From Nemertoderma westbladi (taxonomy: Eukaryota; Animalia; Xenacoelomorpha), in NCBI GenBank assembly GCA_032718475.1, contig JAUCBJ010008084.1, positions 1-64,000 on the forward strand: a stretch of DNA of 64,000 bases. The letters are read 5' to 3'. The position numbers and the translations under genes were made by a program. The notes beneath the pieces were generated by a model that was not told the DNA's origin, made no database searches, and saw only the letters and a program-made list of their open reading frames with translations. Shown one piece after another: positions 1 to 12,778 of the stretch. Position 1 is the stretch's first letter. The number at the start of each line of letters is the position of its first letter.

Positions 1-430
1 TCACTACTACTACTACTACTAGGATCGGCATGCTGCATTGCAGCTGCATTTTTAAGAATGCTGTGCCGGCTTGTCAACAAAATTGCACCGCCACAACTCC
101 CTATCACCCATGACATTTGCTAGATCATCCGCATCTTTAAGGCCAGTGTCCTTTAAGATGCGTCTCAAGAAAGTCATGGGGTGTCCACCATGCTTATTCA
201 CTCCATGAGGCTGCCAAAGTACAAGATTATGCACTGGCTGGTCCTCACGGCGAAAGCAATGTCCTGCAAAGCGGAGGCGATTTTGTTCTAGTGTCAAGCT
301 TGGGGGAACCAATGAGACACCTCCAATGTTATATAGTGTCTGGTTGGAGATGTGTGCATTGTACTTGACACAATGTACCCGGCGTAGCATTCTTGTGAAT
401 GTGCCATCCAGAGATTTGGTGAGATTTGAT
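1..430 (-). mobile_element. 5'-truncated non-LTR retrotransposon (RTE-like LINE) 3' end with (TAG/AGT)n tail
   Basis: ORF 52..390 contains RLRFAGHCFRR..PV..LVLWQP, typical of the post-RT C-terminus of RTE-like LINEs. A short 3' UTR and a trinucleotide tail follow (positions 3-20, (act)n on +). A second degraded copy lies at ~55590-56020. Confidence 0.7.
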
Positions 431-1571
431 TATCTGTCACAGATAAACTGTAACCTGCTTCTTCCCCTTAATTGACAACAGACCAAATTAATTTATTACC
501 AAATTAACTATTTGTGGAAAGGGTTTTGAGATTGGGACAGTAGTTGAGAGTGGGATGTAAGTTGGGAATGGAACAGGAGTTGGCAGTGGGAAGGACGATA
601 AACTGGATTTAAATTCTAGTACGGAGGAGTTGTTTGGGGAATTTTATGATTTGTTTATAATTGGAAAATAAATGTCAAAATTTATAATACTGTAGTTTAG
701 TTTCCATATACCATATCAATATGTCCCATACATGACATCAAAAAACTGTCTATTTACATTTTCAAATTATTTTTTTGATATAAAATAAACATTTTCAGTT
801 CACCCTATGCAATAGATTTGTGTATCACATTGTTATAAACAGGAAAAAAACAATTAGCCCCACTTTTCACGGAAAGTTTCCCAGAAAGTGAAACTTTCTG
901 TTGTCACTCTATAAATAATTTATTTTTAGTGATAGAATTTTTAAATTTTTTCTCACCAGAAACCTTTGCACTTCGATATGATATCTCTTGCCGGACACCT
1001 CAATACCACCATTAAACGACTGTTACTTCAAATTTTCAAGAATATGGACAAAGTACGAAAAAATATTTATAAATTTCCCATAGGTGACAAAATGTTTTTA
1101 TCAATTTTTGCATTCCGGAACGTTTCTCTCAATAACGGCCAAGAAATTTTTGGAGCATTTTCTTGTTTCATATGCAGAAATTATCGCTCTTTCTAACTAT
1201 CATTACGACAAATTCTCAAAGTTAATTTAAAAATTCAACAAATTTCAAAAATCACGTACGGGACGGGACATATGGTGAATATGGTTGGCATTGACCCTAT
1301 ATGATAGATAGGCCTATTTCCGCTGAACGGAAATATCTATACATCATATATGTAACCAATCATGACGATGGGGAGAGCCACGTAGTGTGGTGAGCAATAA
1401 TTTGGAACATACCCCAACCATAAATTTTTTTTACAAAAACTAATCTAAATGTTTACAGTTAACTAGATATGAAAATACACCAAAATGTCAAGAAAATATT
1501 TTAACAAAAATTGGCTCCAAAATAAATGTAAACAGAAGAGATAGGGGGGGGGGGACTGGACGCAAATACCG

Positions 1572-2345
1572 TGGGATTTGGGATTAAGGAATTTGGGAAT
1601 AAGGGATTTGAGAATAAGGTATTTGGGATTAAGGAATTTGGGAATACTGTAAGGTATTTGGGATTTGGGAATCAGGTATTTGGGTATTGGGAATAAGGTA
1701 TTTGGGATTTGGGAATAAGGTATTTGGGAATAAGGTATTTGGGATTTGAGAATAAGGTATTTGGGATTTGGGATTAAGGTATTTGGGAATTTGGGATTTG
1801 AGAATAAGGTATTTGGGATTAAGGTATTTGGGAATAAGGTATTTGGGAATATGGTATTTGGGATTTGAGAATAAGGTATTTGGGATTTGGGATTATGGTA
1901 TTTGGGAATAAGGTATTTGGGATTTGGGAATAAGGTATTTGGGATTAAGGTATTTGGGATTTGGGAATAAGGTATTTGGGATTTGCGAATAAGGTATTTG
2001 GGATTTGGGAATAACGTATTTGGGATTTGGGGCTAAGGTATTTGGGATTTGGGAATATGGAATTTGGGATTTGCCATTATATTAGTGATTATCGGTTTTT
2101 ATTTGTTGGTCGGCCATTATTGGTTGACTGAAGAAGATACGCAATGCGTATCTCATTATGCCTCATAATAAGCCTCTCGTTAACAAGTCAACCCCACGGA
2201 CTAGCGGCACTGGCTGTTTCCGCTGACGGGGCTCAGTTGAACAACGCGTCACTTTGGGATCTGGGAATAAGAAATTTGGGATTTAGAAATAAAGAAATTT
2301 GGGTAAATCATTTGGGCTTTGGAAATAGGGAATTTGGGATTGTGA
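1572..2345 (+). repeat. G-rich minisatellite of GGGAATAAGGTATTT / GGGATTT units
   Basis: Dozens of mixed 15-bp and 7-bp units at 1572-2070, resuming in degenerate form at ~2255-2345. Confidence 0.9.
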
Positions 2346-2351
2346 ATCTGT

Positions 2352-2521
2352 AAATAAAACGTATTACAAGTTTATGCAGGTTAGTAAAGGCGCAGACTAT
2401 AGAGGCGGGAAGATAGAATTAAAACAATAAACGATAGTTAACACATGTTACAAGATTATGCAGGTTAGTAAAGGAGCAGGATATAGAGGCGGGTAGATAG
2501 AACCCAAACAATAAACGATAG
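2352..2521 (+). repeat. 84-bp satellite, left edge (~2 monomers)
   Basis: Same monomer as the main array. It ends at ...aaacgatag, where element 1 inserted. Confidence 0.9.
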
Positions 2522-4203
2522 TGTTCGCGGTATTTCAACTTTTCATAACGCGAGTTGAATATTTTTTGTATTTATTAAAAACGATTATTCCGATATCACT
2601 ACTGGGTGCGGGACCATGGGTTTTGGGCACATTCTATAAACTGGGGGCGATTTATGGGCGAACTTTGGGGCGACTTACAGGGTACGGGACTAATTTCATG
2701 TTTATAAGGGCCAGGGGGGATGGAAAATTCAAGCAGTATTCAGGTTAGCCTGATTACTATTAGGCCCTGGCCAACTTCCTGCTGCCTGTAGAGGTGCCAG
2801 GCCTAAAGGACAAGGACTGCCCTTAACGGTCCCTGGCCAACAGCAGTTATTACGAGCCTGAAAAGGACATCGGAACGCCGGCTGCTTGCGTCAGGGAATT
2901 GCGACGGGAAACGACAGCCCCCTTAGCCAAGCCATACTGGTTCTCGATGACCGATCCCTTTGGGGTTCGCGAGGGGTGGGACAGACACGCGAAAGGGTGG
3001 CCGACTTACAGAGGGAGGGTTTGACGAGGACTGCCCTTAGCGGTCTCTGGTCAACAGCAGTTATTACGAGCCTGAAAAGGACATCGGAACGCCGGCTGCT
3101 TGTACCAGGGATTTGCAACGGGAACCGACGACAGACCCCTTAGCCAAGCTGTACTGGTTCTCGATGATCGAGCCCTTCGGGGTTCGGGAGGGGTGGGACG
3201 GACACGCGAACGGGTCCACCGACACGACAGACTCCTAGCCAAGCCGTACTGGTTCTCGATGACTGATCCCTTCGGGGTTCGAGAGGGGTGGTACGGATAC
3301 GCGACAGAGTCTACCGACTGGACCGACCCTTAGCCAAGCCGTGCTGGTTCTCGATGATCGTTCCCTTCGGGGTTCGTGAGGGGTGGGATGGACACGCGAC
3401 GGGGTCGAAAGACAAAGGACTGGACTCTACTGGCCTACCGACTGTTCGGAGCAGTTTCTCGGCTGCCGAAGCGACTACGAGCCTGAAAGGGACTCGGAAA
3501 GCCTAGGTGGTTGGGTTTCTGCGATGAACCGACGGACCCCTAGCCAAGCCGTACTGGTTCTCGATGATCGAGCCCTTCGGGGTTCGGGAGGGGTGGGACG
3601 GACACGCGAACGGGTCCACCGACACGACAGACTCCTAGCCAAGCCGTACTGGTTCTCGATGACCGATCCCTTCGGGGTTCGAGAGGGGTGGTACGGATAC
3701 GCGACAGAGTCTACCGACTGGACCGACCCTTAGCCAAGCCGTGCTGGTTCTTGATGATCGATCCCTTCGGGGTTCGGGAGGGGTGGAGCGGACACGCGAC
3801 AGGGTCGACCGACACCGACACTACGGCATCAAGACTAGGACCGAGGGAAAATCTGGGGAACATTAGTTAGGCTAAAATCTGAGCGAACAGTGGGTAATTA
3901 AATAATATACTGTAGGGATTTATATTGTCGTGTATAATTATTGTGAATATTTGGTGTATATTGATTTGGGGAAGCCCAAAATTATTCTCAATCAGGATTG
4001 TAACAGGATTGTAACAGGATTGTAACAGGGTTAACTACATTAAAGAATATATCCAACCAATGCAGCTTTTTCTCAACCGCAATCCTGCATCTAAGAAATT
4101 CCTCCTTCTCCACAATCAATATCCGGTGACTGGCCGGGACTCCGTGGTCTGTAAAGCCCCGCCTCCAGCATCGGCGTTTTTCCCCCCTGGGATAACGGCA
4201 ACA
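2522..4203 (+). repeat. 5' LTR of element 1 (1682 bp)
   Basis: Starts tgttcgcggtatttc and ends gataacggcaaca. It is a direct repeat of 15437-17266. Confidence 0.95.
2915..3815 (+). repeat. Seven copies of a ~70-bp motif within the LTR (tagccaagccgtactggttctcgatga..cccttcggggttcg.gaggggtgg)
   Basis: Copies at ~2921, 3138, 3235, 3328, 3538, 3635 and 3728. The 3' LTR also has seven copies, in a different arrangement. Confidence 0.9.
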
Positions 4204-4205
4204 AA

Positions 4206-4218
4206 ATTGAGAATAATT
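4206..4218 (+). promoter_or_regulatory. Non-tRNA primer-binding-site candidate, complementary to LTR 3980-3992
   Basis: attgagaataatt starts 2 nt after the LTR end and is the exact reverse complement of aattattctcaat inside the LTR. No TGG is present. Confidence 0.6.
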
Positions 4219-4451
4219 ACGGTCAATTTTGACAGGGTGTCAAAATTGAGAATAAAACGCGGCCAACTTCAACTGGTGGAAGTTGAGAATCCTACAATAC
4301 TCTTCAAAACTCTCTACGTGCTTGCCAGCACCCACTACGAGGAAACTCTGGTATTTGAGTTAAGACTAAGTCGTGGTTTAATTAATCAACAAACTCGATC
4401 TAACCAACTCGTAGTCGGCAGATCACATATTTGGAGAGTTGTTAACAGGGA

Positions 4452-4643
4452 ATGGAAGTATCGATCACACCCATTGATATAATCCAAGTTGAGCCAGGAA
4501 TCTGGCACGTCGAGGTTGAAGTACAAGGAACGAACGTCGGACGATTCAGGATTACCGTTCGGGTGGTCCAAGCTGAGTACAATACCTACGAGGAACTGTT
4601 CTATGACATCGCATATCTAGCTATCGACGAGGCACTACAATGA
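4452..4643 (+). CDS. Small upstream ORF (63 aa) whose stop overlaps the gag ATG (ATGA)
   Basis: ATG start and protein-like composition. TGA 4641-4643 overlaps ATG 4640-4642. Confidence 0.35.
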   Translation: MEVSITPIDIIQVEPGIWHVEVEVQGTNVGRFRITVRVVQAEYNTYEELFYDIAYLAIDEALQ

Positions 4644-7600
4644 CAACAAATAACGTATTCGATACCGATGAGATGGATCACCACACAGACTCGGAAACCG
4701 ACGAGATACCGAACATCAAGAACATGGCTCGTCGACTAGGTTCTCTCAAAGGCGGAGTCACTCGAGCGTACCAACGTATAGAGAAACAACTCAAGGGAGT
4801 CGAAACCCCCCTCAATGAGATACAAACTCAGCTTCAGAGTATCCGAAATATCTTACAAAGATATGAGAGAATGATACAGGCGTACCAAGAACTCATCCCC
4901 GCCACCGACCAGGTAAATTATCCCAAATTGGAAGAACACGTTGCACGCCTAGACGAATTCCGCAAACAACACCGGAGGACCCTTAAACTGAGAGGCTACG
5001 AAGAACAGTACTACAAGAGAGCTGAAAGAACAGACGCAGAATCGGTGCGAACCTCCAATACCAGGACCACAATTCATCGAAAGAAAACGGGGTCCTCAAG
5101 ACACCAGCGCTCCAGCGCTAGGAGCGAGATATCTGGCTCAGCGCGCAGTTCTCAAGGGGGGCCGCCACTCCGAGATCAGCTACGAGAACAGAAGGCATTA
5201 GCCCTCATAGCTCGGATGGAAGATGAGTACGTTCAACTGCAAACCGAGCAAGACATATTAGCCGCCGAAATGCAAAAGCAGGAGGCCGAACAAGAGGTCG
5301 AACGGCAGGCCGAACAACATAGACAGGAGGCTGAACAACGTGAACGAGAGGACGAACGACGGGCCGAACAACATAGACAGGAAGCCGAACAACGTGAACG
5401 AGAGGCCAAACAGGAAGCCGAACGACGTGAACGAGAGGCCAAACAGGAAGCTGAACGACGTGAACGAGAGGCCAAACAGGAAGCTGAACGACGTGAACGA
5501 GAGGACGAATGACGGGCCGAACAACGTAGACAGGAGGCTAAACAACGTGAACGAGAGGCCAAACAGGAGATCGAACAACGTAAATGGGAAGCAGAAATGC
5601 GTAAACAACACGCCGAAGCCCAAGTGATTCTCACCCACAAAAAGAATGCGGATATTGCGAAACTCGCGGAATATGAAGCCGCACTTATAGAACGAGATAT
5701 TCAATTATATGAGGACTGGGAAAGGGATATAGATCAGGAATACGAACCAATACCGGTACCGGAATTAGAAAAGTCACTAACGACACCGGCGGTGAAACCC
5801 CCGAAACCCGAGTTCCCGCCTATCATACAGTCTACGTTATCGGCACAAGCACCGGTGTTCCATCCCCCACCGGCTACGCTAAAGAATGAGGAACCTCATA
5901 TCCCAACCACTTCTACGGTCCCGAGCGTCCCTAAGTACAAGCCTGAAAAGGACTCGGAACGGATCGCCACTCCCCGATCCAACAACCCGTTTACGTCCAC
6001 ACCACAAAGCCGTAGCCGCGTCATCATTAAAACTCCACCTATCATCGATCCATCGTGTATGGGAGAGAGTGCCGATAATTATAACCCTCCTAGTCATTCC
6101 AGTTCGGACGATGTCGGCATTATCCGGGCATTGGAAAACCGCCTCTCCATGCCCAAGATGGAGATCTGCACCTTCGAAGGAGATCCCGTCGATTACCTCA
6201 GATTCAAGAAACGGTTCTTTGCGCAGATTGGATCAACGGACATAGCCGACGCACAGAAACTGGTATATTTATCACAATACCTGGGTGACAAACCACGCCG
6301 AATTATCGCATGCTTTGAAGGAGGAGCTCATGAAGCATACTATGACGCATGGAAGACTCTAGATAAAAGATACGGAAATATCGGGACTATAATTAATAAA
6401 ACCCTCGAGAAACTGATCCAGGACGCGGGATCCCTAGGGGACCCACAGAATATCCAGGATTTCTCGGACTCGATGAAGGATGCCTACTACACTCTGAAAC
6501 CATTAAATAAGGAGGAACAAGTGAACAACATTCTAAACCTCCGACAGATCGCCTGGAAATTCCCCGGATGGCTACAAAGTAAGTGGGCGTATAAATGCGT
6601 AGATCTCCGGCGTAGACACCCAGATCGAGATCCCAGCTTCCTCGAAATGTCGGCATTCCTGGACGATATCTCCGAAGCCATGAATGACTCGATGTTCTCA
6701 AAACAGAGTCTCGCCAAGTTGGACGGAATAGAGAACAACTCCAGGAGTAAGACACCCACTCAGAAACCGAGATTCCACCCTCCTCCGGTGAGTACGATGG
6801 CCACCACCATGGCCGAGGATTCCGACGATGAAGACTACGAGGAACCGACGTCAGCCGAGGAATGGGCGTGTTACCTTGCGAATTGGGCACCCGAGAGGGA
6901 AGGCATCACAAACTCCCTCCTCTGTCTCTTCTGTGGAGAGAAACATAAAGTGGAATTCTTCAGGAAGTTTCTGTTCGCCGAACTCGTCCCACGCTTCGAG
7001 GCGATAATGAAACACCGAGGATGCTTCCGGTGTCTTGGAACAGGTCACTATGTTCGGGATTGCGACTAAAGATCGTGCTGTGCCGTCTGTAACGACCAAC
7101 GTCATCACACGCTCCTCCACATCCCCGCGAACTTCGATTTCACTACCATCCCCTTTCGGATCGAAGCCAAGCGAAGAGGAGAAACGAACCACGTTTTTAA
7201 AGGAACCCGGACAACCCAACGGAGAGAAACCAACCCGTTTAAAATCTCCACCGATACACCACAAGTAACAAATATTTCAGCCACGATTAATCTTATAAAT
7301 CGCCGTTACATGGTCTTCGCAAAGGTAATCCCAGTAAGGATTCAAGGAGTCGGCAAATCCCTGACGACGCTCGTGTTCCTTGATAACGGGTCTGATGGAA
7401 CCATCATCGACCGGGATTTCCTCGAGCAACTCGGCCTAGAATATGAACCTTGTAAACGGCCCATACAAACCATCACCGATAACAAAGAGGTAGAGTCCGG
7501 GGAGGTGCAACTCCAGATGGAAGGAGTAATGAAGGGCTACGAAACGGTTAAGTTAACCATCAAGAACGCCTTGGTACACACAGACCTCCGAGTGCGGTTC

Positions 7601-10600
7601 CGACAATCAGCCGAGTATGCCCCCCTGATACAATTGGACCGAGACGATGTAGATCTGAGGTGTCCGCAGTCAGACGTAAACCGCATCACCCTACTGATCG
7701 GACTTGATACACCGGAATTACAAATACCAACCGGAGATGTCGCCTGATCCATAAATAAGGATGATGGCTTTTACGCTGAACGAACAATAATGGGATGGAC
7801 CCTCTGCGGCATCAAGGAAGAGACTACTGACACCTATACATACCTTCCTAAATGTCAGATTAAAGAAAATGCAACATCCGTGGGTTATTGCTCAGCTACA
7901 GACCTCGATGAGGATTTATTTCTTGAGACCGAAAAAACCCAGCAAGAGATGACTAAATACTTTAATCTAGAGACCCAAGAGTTCGCTGAAAAGGACAAAA
8001 ACCCGTCCGAAGAGGATCGATATTGTATGGACGTCCTGGACCAGGCCACGTTCAACGACGGACACTGGTGTTCACCCATGTTGTGGAAGGACCCAAATAA
8101 ACCAATGGCAAACAACGCCAACATGGCCCTTAGGCGACTTAAGGGGATTCTACGGCGGCTGAATGACCAACCTGAGATAAAGGAGAAATATAATACCGTA
8201 ATCCAAGGATATCTCGACGACGGATTAGCAGAAATGGTACCATGGAATGAACTGCAAGGGGGTAAAAGAACATATTATCTTCCAATCCACTACGTGGTAG
8301 AAGCCCGGAAGGGTGGTAAAATCCGAGTAGTTAATGATGCCGCTGCTATGTATCAAGGCGAATCCCTGAATAGTCAGCTTTATACGGGGCCCAACATCTA
8401 TAGTACACTCATTGGCGTATTGATCAGGTTCAGGGAAAACTGGATAGCATTCACCTGCGACATCAAAGCCATGTTTCACCAAGTTCGTACGCTACCAAGA
8501 GACTCAGATTGTCTACGTATCCTATGGACGGATAAAATACTAACTCAACAGGAGATTAGTCAACTTACAATGAAGGATGTAGACATAATGCGTATGATCA
8601 TCAGGATCTTCGGCGCCAAGGACTCGCCGGTAGCATGTAGTGACATGCTGAAAAAGACGGCAACCATGTGCGAAAACGAATTCCCTCCTACCGTCATAGA
8701 AACCATCCGACGATGCTTCTACGTGGACGACGGATGCGCCGGCGCAGATAATGTGGACGAGGCCTATCGGCTAGCAATGGGGATGGTGGAATGTTTAAAG
8801 AAAGGGGGTTTCCCGCTCGTGAAGTTCAGATCCCACGACAAGAAACTTATGGAAAAATTTCCGGAGGACATCCGACTGGACAACAACAAAATGTACTCAG
8901 AGGATGTGGAACACCGTGTACTCGGGATTGAATCGGACATAGAATCAGACGAATTTATTTTCAAATATAAACCCCTATCCAAGCCTATGATGAAAAGGGG
9001 ATGTTTATCGATAAAAAGCGCAATCTTTGACCCACTAAATTTCATATCTCCGGTAACCTTGGCCGGAATAAACCTGATTAAAGAAATGTGGATAGAAGGA
9101 CTGGGATGGGATGAAGAACTCCCCCCACACCTCAGCGTCAAATGGAGAAAATGGACGGACCAGCTCGAACACCTACATCTTATGCGGATCCCTCGACCGT
9201 TCTTCCTCGACAAACTACCCACCGATATCTTCCAGCTCCATACCTTCTCGGATGCTTCGAATACCGGAATCGGCGTAGTCACCTTCTTACGAAGACTAAG
9301 CAACGACGGAAACGGCGATACGAGTTTTTTATTTTCTAAAGCTAAGACAGTATCCGGGGAATTCGTAGCAACGATTCCAAGACTCGAGCTACAGGCTGCA
9401 GTTTGGGCAGTGCGACAGAACCGCATGGTCATGCGGAACCTACGAATCCCCATCGAATCTCAACACTTCTGGGTCGATTCGAGTATCGTTCTCTACTATC
9501 TCCACTCTCCATCCCGACGTCACACTACGTTTGTAGCGAACCGAGCCACGGAGATAAAACAGTGTACCGCCCGAGAACAGTCGCACCACGTAAACGGGAA
9601 AGAAAATCCAGCGGACTTATCAAGCCGAGGCGCCACCCCAAAACAACTCAGTAAAAGTAAACTCTGGCTCACAGGCCCGGAATTCCTACAGCAGCCACAA
9701 TTAACATGGAGTACCCGATTCGACCCCGAACTCGATAGCGGAAAATACTCCGAGGATGATAAAGAGATCCGTAAAGTCCATAGAAGCAACGCAGTGGAAA
9801 TTTATAGCTGTCTGACTGAGCCTGCAAAGGACTCGGGCAGGCACTATAACGTTGCGACGATCATTCAACCAGTGGCGTCTTTACATCTGTTGATCGAGCG
9901 AACTTCATCAATGAGACGGCTCATCTACCACATTATAACCCTTCGCAACTTCCTACGGTGGAAAGACAACAAGCCGATAGTTCAACGGAGTATACAAGAA
10001 CTCATTATCGCGGAGAAGTGTATCATTGGATATGTCCAGAGAGAAAGTTTCCCCGATGAGTGGGAACAACTCAGTGCGGGCAAGACCTTGAAACCGGATA
10101 GCCCAGTCTACCAACTGAGACCAATGATGGGAGAGGACGGACTGATCCGACTGAATACCCGGATGGCAAACGCCCCGGTCGAATATGAGGTTAAATACCC
10201 GGCGCTTCTGCCCGGAACTTCGACACTAGCCAAGCTATTAATTCAACAATGTCACGAGGAAAACCATCACGCAGGACAAAATTGGATTATAGCTAATATA
10301 AGACAAAGATATTGGATCACACACATCCAGCCACTGATCCGGAAAGTGTTGAAACGTTGCTTTACCTGCAGAAGATATCTTGCGCCACCACTCACACAAA
10401 AGATGGCCGACTTACCAGCCACCCGTCTACAGCCCGATTCCCCACCGTTCTACGTCACCGGAGTGGACTGTTTCGGACCGTTTACGGTCATCGAACGACG
10501 ATCCAACATCAAATGCTGGGGGGCCATATTTACGTGCCTTAGGTCTAGGGCAATCTACCTAGACATTGTGGTGAACCTTACGCAACACTCATTCATCAAC

Positions 10601-11425
10601 GCTCTGCGTCGGTTCGTGGCAAGCAATGGGACATGTCGTCACATGTATTCCGATAATGGCACAAACTTTGTGGGAGGAGAAAGAGAACTTAGAGAGGCGA
10701 TCGAGGGATGGTTTACCGATAACACCGCATCCCAAGTCTGGAAGGAACACTAGATACAGTGGCACTTCCAGACCCCCTTAGCACCCCATACGAGCGGGGT
10801 ATGGGAGAAACTGATCGACCTAGTAAAACGATCCATGCGCGTCGCTCTAGGAGACACCCGGGTATCCCATGACACCCTCCGCACAACATTCTGCGAGATC
10901 ACGGCTACCCTGAACAACCGACCCATTGTCCCTATCCGCGACGACCCCACAGAAATGGAGCCCCTTACTCCTAATCACCTACTAGGGAGACCTAAAACTC
11001 ATGTTCTCCCGGAGACAATGTTTCCGGATCCCAACGATATCGCGAGACATACAAACTGGAAGAAGTCCCAAGCGTTGGCAGCGCATTGGTGGAGAATCTG
11101 GGCCCAGGAGTACCTCATAACCCTCCAGACCAGGAGGAAGTGGAACCACACCTACAGGAATGTCGAAGTTGGCGACATGGTACTAGTAAAAGAAGACCTT
11201 AAAGACCGCGTCCACTGGCCTGTGGCGCGAGTCGTGGCAATACAACCGAGCAAAGACGGACTTGCGAGGACTGTGACGATACGAACGGCAAAGGGCCACT
11301 TCCAACGCCCTATCCAGAAGCTGTGCCTTCTTGAAGGCAATGACAGCGGTGACTCTACGAGAGGTGATAAAATCCCTACTCCGGATCCTGCTGCGGACAT
11401 TGGTGACAATGATAAATGCGTTTAA
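4640..11425 (+). pseudogene. gag-pol: BEL/Pao Gag-Pol polyprotein of element 1, single frame with four in-frame stops
   Basis: ORFs 4640, 5597, 7310, 7790 and 10835 are all in one frame, with stops at 5510, 7067, 7745 and 10751. Motifs: gag FEGDPVDYLRF; Zn knuckles CFRCLGTGHYVRDC and C..C...HHTLLH; protease FLDNGS; RT YYLPIH/KIRVVNDA/FYVDD; RNase H FSDAS/IPRLEL/NPADLSSRG; integrase HHAG..CFTC/GVDCFGP/SDNGTNF; C-terminal WWRIWAQEYL. Confidence 0.95.
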
Positions 11426-11714
11426 ACCCTTCTCATCCTGTTGACAAACTCTTTTAAACTATGATTTATCGACAATGAAAATGGACCCCCCTTAAACCAA
11501 CTGTAACCACGCAATGGTATTTGTGTTTCCTCGTGTGTTATGTGGAGTCCAGCGTCACCCTGCAGATGTTTCGACTGACGCAGGGTCGTTTATGTATTGT
11601 TTACCCTGATTTTGGTCATCGGGACCGACGATATTGGATTATTGGAAATGGAAAAGATTTGAAGTGGAATTCATTGTATTCATCGCAGTATGTTATGTTG
11701 TCCGTTGCGTGCGC

Positions 11715-12125
11715 AGTTCGGGGCGTAGGCGGTGTAACTAGTCCAGCTGTAGATCCCGGATTGCCGGGCAACACCCCCTCTATCCCGTTATTCTGGTGGA
11801 TCCATGGTGCATCCACATGACTTCGACGATAGAGGGTTATGTTTCTCAGTCGCGTTATTCTGGTGGGACCGTTGCGTGGATTTTGGGGCGTAGGCGGTGT
11901 AACTAGTCCAGCTGTAGATCCCAGAATGTTGCGTAACCCCATCCCACATGACTTCATCGACTGAGCTTTATGTTGTTGGGAGTGTTATTCTGGTGGGTCC
12001 CTGGTGCATTCCACGTGACTTCACTTCCAGCGTCTTCATTGTCCGTTACGTGTGCAGTTTGGGGCGTAGGCGGTGTAACTAGCCCAGCTGTAGATCCCAG
12101 ATTGCTGCGTAACACCCCTTCCACA
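11715..12125 (+). repeat. Three dispersed copies (~170-bp spacing) of a ~38-nt motif ggggcgtaggcggtgtaactagtccagctgtagatccc
   Basis: Copies at ~11720, ~11885 and ~12061 in the pol-ORF3 spacer. Confidence 0.85.
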
Positions 12126-12778
12126 ACAAAGATTTCCCAAAGAAGATGATTGAATGTAGTTGGAAATGATGAAAAGAATCAGACAACCTTACTATAAACC
12201 GAATGATGACGCGTATGATGATGAAAATGTAATGATGCGCACCCTGGTGCTGCGCTTATAACAAATGATGATAGCCGGGGGGCTATAACCCCAATGATGA
12301 TGTGGAAATGTGGAAATAAATGAAATGTGAAATAAATGGTGGAAATAAATGTGTTGAAATATGTTGAAATAAATGAAATGAGATGAAATAATAATGAGAA
12401 ATGAAAAAAGACAAAAAAAAGGTATAAAAAAGTCTAAAGAAAAGAATTGGAAAAAAGAAAAGGACATACTGGTTGGATATTAATGTATAGCTATAGTAAC
12501 TGTAAATGCTGAATGTATTAGCAATAAGATGATAGATGCCTATATAGCAATGTTATTAATAAACTGAACTAAAAATAAAACTGAATTATTCTGCAATCAC
12601 TATAGTTTCAGACTTTCTGGACTTATAATTAACTGATCTAATTTGTAACGGATATAATCGTAAATATGGACCCAAATATATTATTGGCGAATTACGTAAC
12701 ACGATAGATCTACTGGAATATTCGCAACCCGGATCCCCTGACTTTGATACAAATTGGAGTACCCTGCTAAATGAGAAC

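Noticed and set aside
1572-2070. True telomeric repeat or chromosome end
   Set aside because: The units are mixed 7/15-bp and not TTAGGG/TTAGG, and the tract is internal with ordinary sequence on both sides.
2921-3800. Hammerhead ribozyme in the LTR modules (ctcgatga)
   Set aside because: The core CUGAUGA and a correctly placed GAAA are not present.
2886-3870. Short ORFs within the element 1 LTR, and antisense ORFs over gag-pol
   Set aside because: They are by-products of GC-rich repeats or shadow frames of real coding sequence, with no domain motifs.
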